DNA from: Gemmatimonadales bacterium | Lineage (GTDB): Bacteria > Gemmatimonadota > Gemmatimonadetes > Gemmatimonadales > GWC2-71-9 | Reading direction: 5' to 3' | NCBI GenBank assembly: GCA_965248285.1 | Contig: CBDFJJ010000007.1 | Span: 109,209-173,208, forward strand | DNA: 64,000 nucleotides | Shown: piece by piece, positions 62,307-64,000 of the stretch | How positions within the stretch are numbered: the first letter of the stretch is position 1 | Layout: every line of letters starts with the position of its first letter | The notes under the pieces: model-generated | Seen by the model: the letters and a program-made list of their open reading frames with translations, nothing else | The model's database searches: none | What the model was told of the DNA's origin: nothing | Position numbers and translations under genes: made by a program

Positions 62307-64000
62307 CTATGTCTTGAGCGATATCAACGGATCGACCGAGGCGGCTCGCCTGGCAGGGATGTAGGTGGCGACGGCCGTCACCGCCACGATGAGCAACAGC
62401 GCGACACCGTAGGTGCTCGGATCTCTTGGGCTCACGCCGAAAACGAGACCGGACAGCACGAACCCGGCCATGATCGAAAACAGCAAGCCCACTCCGATCG
62501 CGCTGCCAACGAGCATCACGGCGCGTTTGCCCATTAATCTCATCACATCTTTTCGACTAGCACCGAGGGCGATGCGGAGTCCCAGTTCACGGGTTCGCTG
62601 ACTGACCGAGAGCGCAATCACACCGTATACGCCCACGGACGCCAGCACGAGGGCGAACGCGCCGAGCCCCATCGCGATCGTCGCGGCTGTGCGCGAGAGC
62701 CAGAGATCCGTGCTGACCCAGTCTGCGACGGTCATGACATTCCTGGGTTCGAGGCCGGGATCTAAGGCGTTGATCTGCTCGCGTAGCAAAGTCTTCGCGA
62801 GGGCCGTCGATCCCTCGCTACGGACGTGCAAGGTTACAATCGGCTGGAAGCGTTGGGCCAAAGAGAGATACACATAGGGCCGTGGGTCGCACGCCAGACA
62901 AGAGTCGCGCACGTCCGCCGCAATGCCGACTACTTCGAAAGTTGTCGTGCCCTCGCTCACCTGCAATGTCCGTCCAACGGCCTGGGTTTCGGGCCAATGT
63001 CGCTTCACGAAAGACGCGCTGACGATGGCTACCGGCCGGCCATTTACATCGTCTGTTGCGTTGAAGTGACGACCTTCCAGAAGCGGAATATCCATCGTCA
63101 TGAAGTACGCTGTGTCCACGACGTTGAATGGCACACGGGTCTCTTCCAGTTCCGCCCTACTACCGTCTACTCGAACGTCCATCACGGGAGAACCGGGCAT
63201 GAGCGGACCCACTCGTGCGATGGAGACACTACGGATCGTGGGTATGGCCGCCAGCGATGTTGCCAGCCGACGGAGCAGGCGTTGCCCCTCCGCCTCCCCG
63301 TGCCGCTCGCCGATGTTGAGGAGAGCTACGACGCGGTTCTCGATCCCGAATCCCGTATCCACGCGCTGGTACCAGATCATGGTGCGCACAAACAGACCCG
63401 CCACAACCAGCATGGTGAGGCCCAGTGACAGTTGCACCATCACGATGGCGTTCATCGACCGGAATGGTGAAGCATGGCTGCGGTTGTCGTTCGACTTGAG
63501 GCTCGATACAAGGTCGGTCTTGGTCGAAGCAAGGACGGCGGGGAGCGCAGCCAAGCAGCCCGCGAGGAGCGACGCGCCGAGGGCATACGTCGCCACCCGG
63601 AGATCGGGAGAGAAATCCATCGCAAACGATGTTGCGATAGGGGGGAGAAAGAAGGTGAAGATCTTCGTCATCCAAAACGACAACGTCAGTCCGATGGCCC
63701 CGCTGGTAGCGCCAGGACGATTGTTTCAGTAAACAGCTGGCAAGCAATCCGCGAGCGATTCGCCCCCATGGCCACGCGGATGCTCAACTCGTTTCTCCTG
63801 GTGATTCCGCGTCCCAACAACAAGCTGGATACGTTCGCGCAGGCGAGCAGGACGATGAACGCTGCCATGGCGAATGCAACCGCGGTTGCGGAGGTAACCG
63901 CAGAAGGCGTGTTGGGGTTAATGAGGCCGGCCCGCTCCGGGAGCACGGTGACGGTGATTGCCCCTTCGTCCCGCGACGACATGAGTGCGGCATGTGTTGC
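62307..64000 (-). pseudogene. ADOP/MacB-type FtsX-domain ABC permease, frameshifted, 5-prime end outside the window
   Basis: C-terminus ..YIPARRAASVDPLISLKT. The upstream part (63686..64000, open to the window edge) is in a different frame, and the frames meet at about 63684-63700. Confidence 0.65.

Noticed and set aside
1-64000. A scan of the intergenic regions for tRNA, rRNA, tmRNA, riboswitch or CRISPR features.
   Set aside because: Nothing was recognisable by eye. Dedicated tools (tRNAscan-SE, Infernal with Rfam) would be needed to exclude small RNAs.

Overview
High-GC bacterial window; the gene content (ADOP-type permease, TolB-amidohydrolases, DUF11 proteins) suggests Gemmatimonadota or Acidobacteriota, but that is a weak inference. 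All family calls rest on motifs read by eye, with no searches run. No tRNA, rRNA or CRISPR array was recognised.

- **1-10.8 kb:** the most interesting part. A compact regulon contains a REC-Hpt-GAF/PAS histidine kinase operon, a divergent operon (membrane-anchored REC protein plus NtrC-type sigma-54 enhancer-binding protein), and four signal-peptide proteins with C-terminal DUF11 modules. It also holds a zinc-ribbon ORF that the ORF track misses. Five GG-N10-GC (-24/-12) promoter-like sites precede the transcription units, and the same 28-bp tripartite motif (GTTAC-N5-GGTAAC-N7-GTAAC) lies about 91-114 nt upstream of each.
- **12.5-27 kb:** an insertion-sequence graveyard. Three IS256-family copies each carry a 9-bp target duplication, and two IS5-family copies are flanked by CTAR. 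Insertions are nested: IS256 inside IS30 inside IS3, and IS256 inside IS5. Around them lie gene fragments, including a low-GC class A beta-lactamase remnant.
- **27-58 kb:** peptidase- and hydrolase-rich, with S9 (two), DUF885, S10, two TolB-amidohydrolase paralogues and GGT. A multihaem cytochrome c pair sits between the two ends of a broken DUF885 paralogue. An acyl-CoA synthetase/SDR/APH-kinase/crotonase/MFS cluster resembles the levulinate (lva) pathway genes. An IS110-family element lies next to a heptamer palindrome.
- **58-64 kb:** a third IS5-family copy is inserted in the apex of a repeated CACGGAT palindromic element. The region also holds an M24 peptidase, a truncated PIN gene and a frameshifted ADOP-type permease that runs off the window end.
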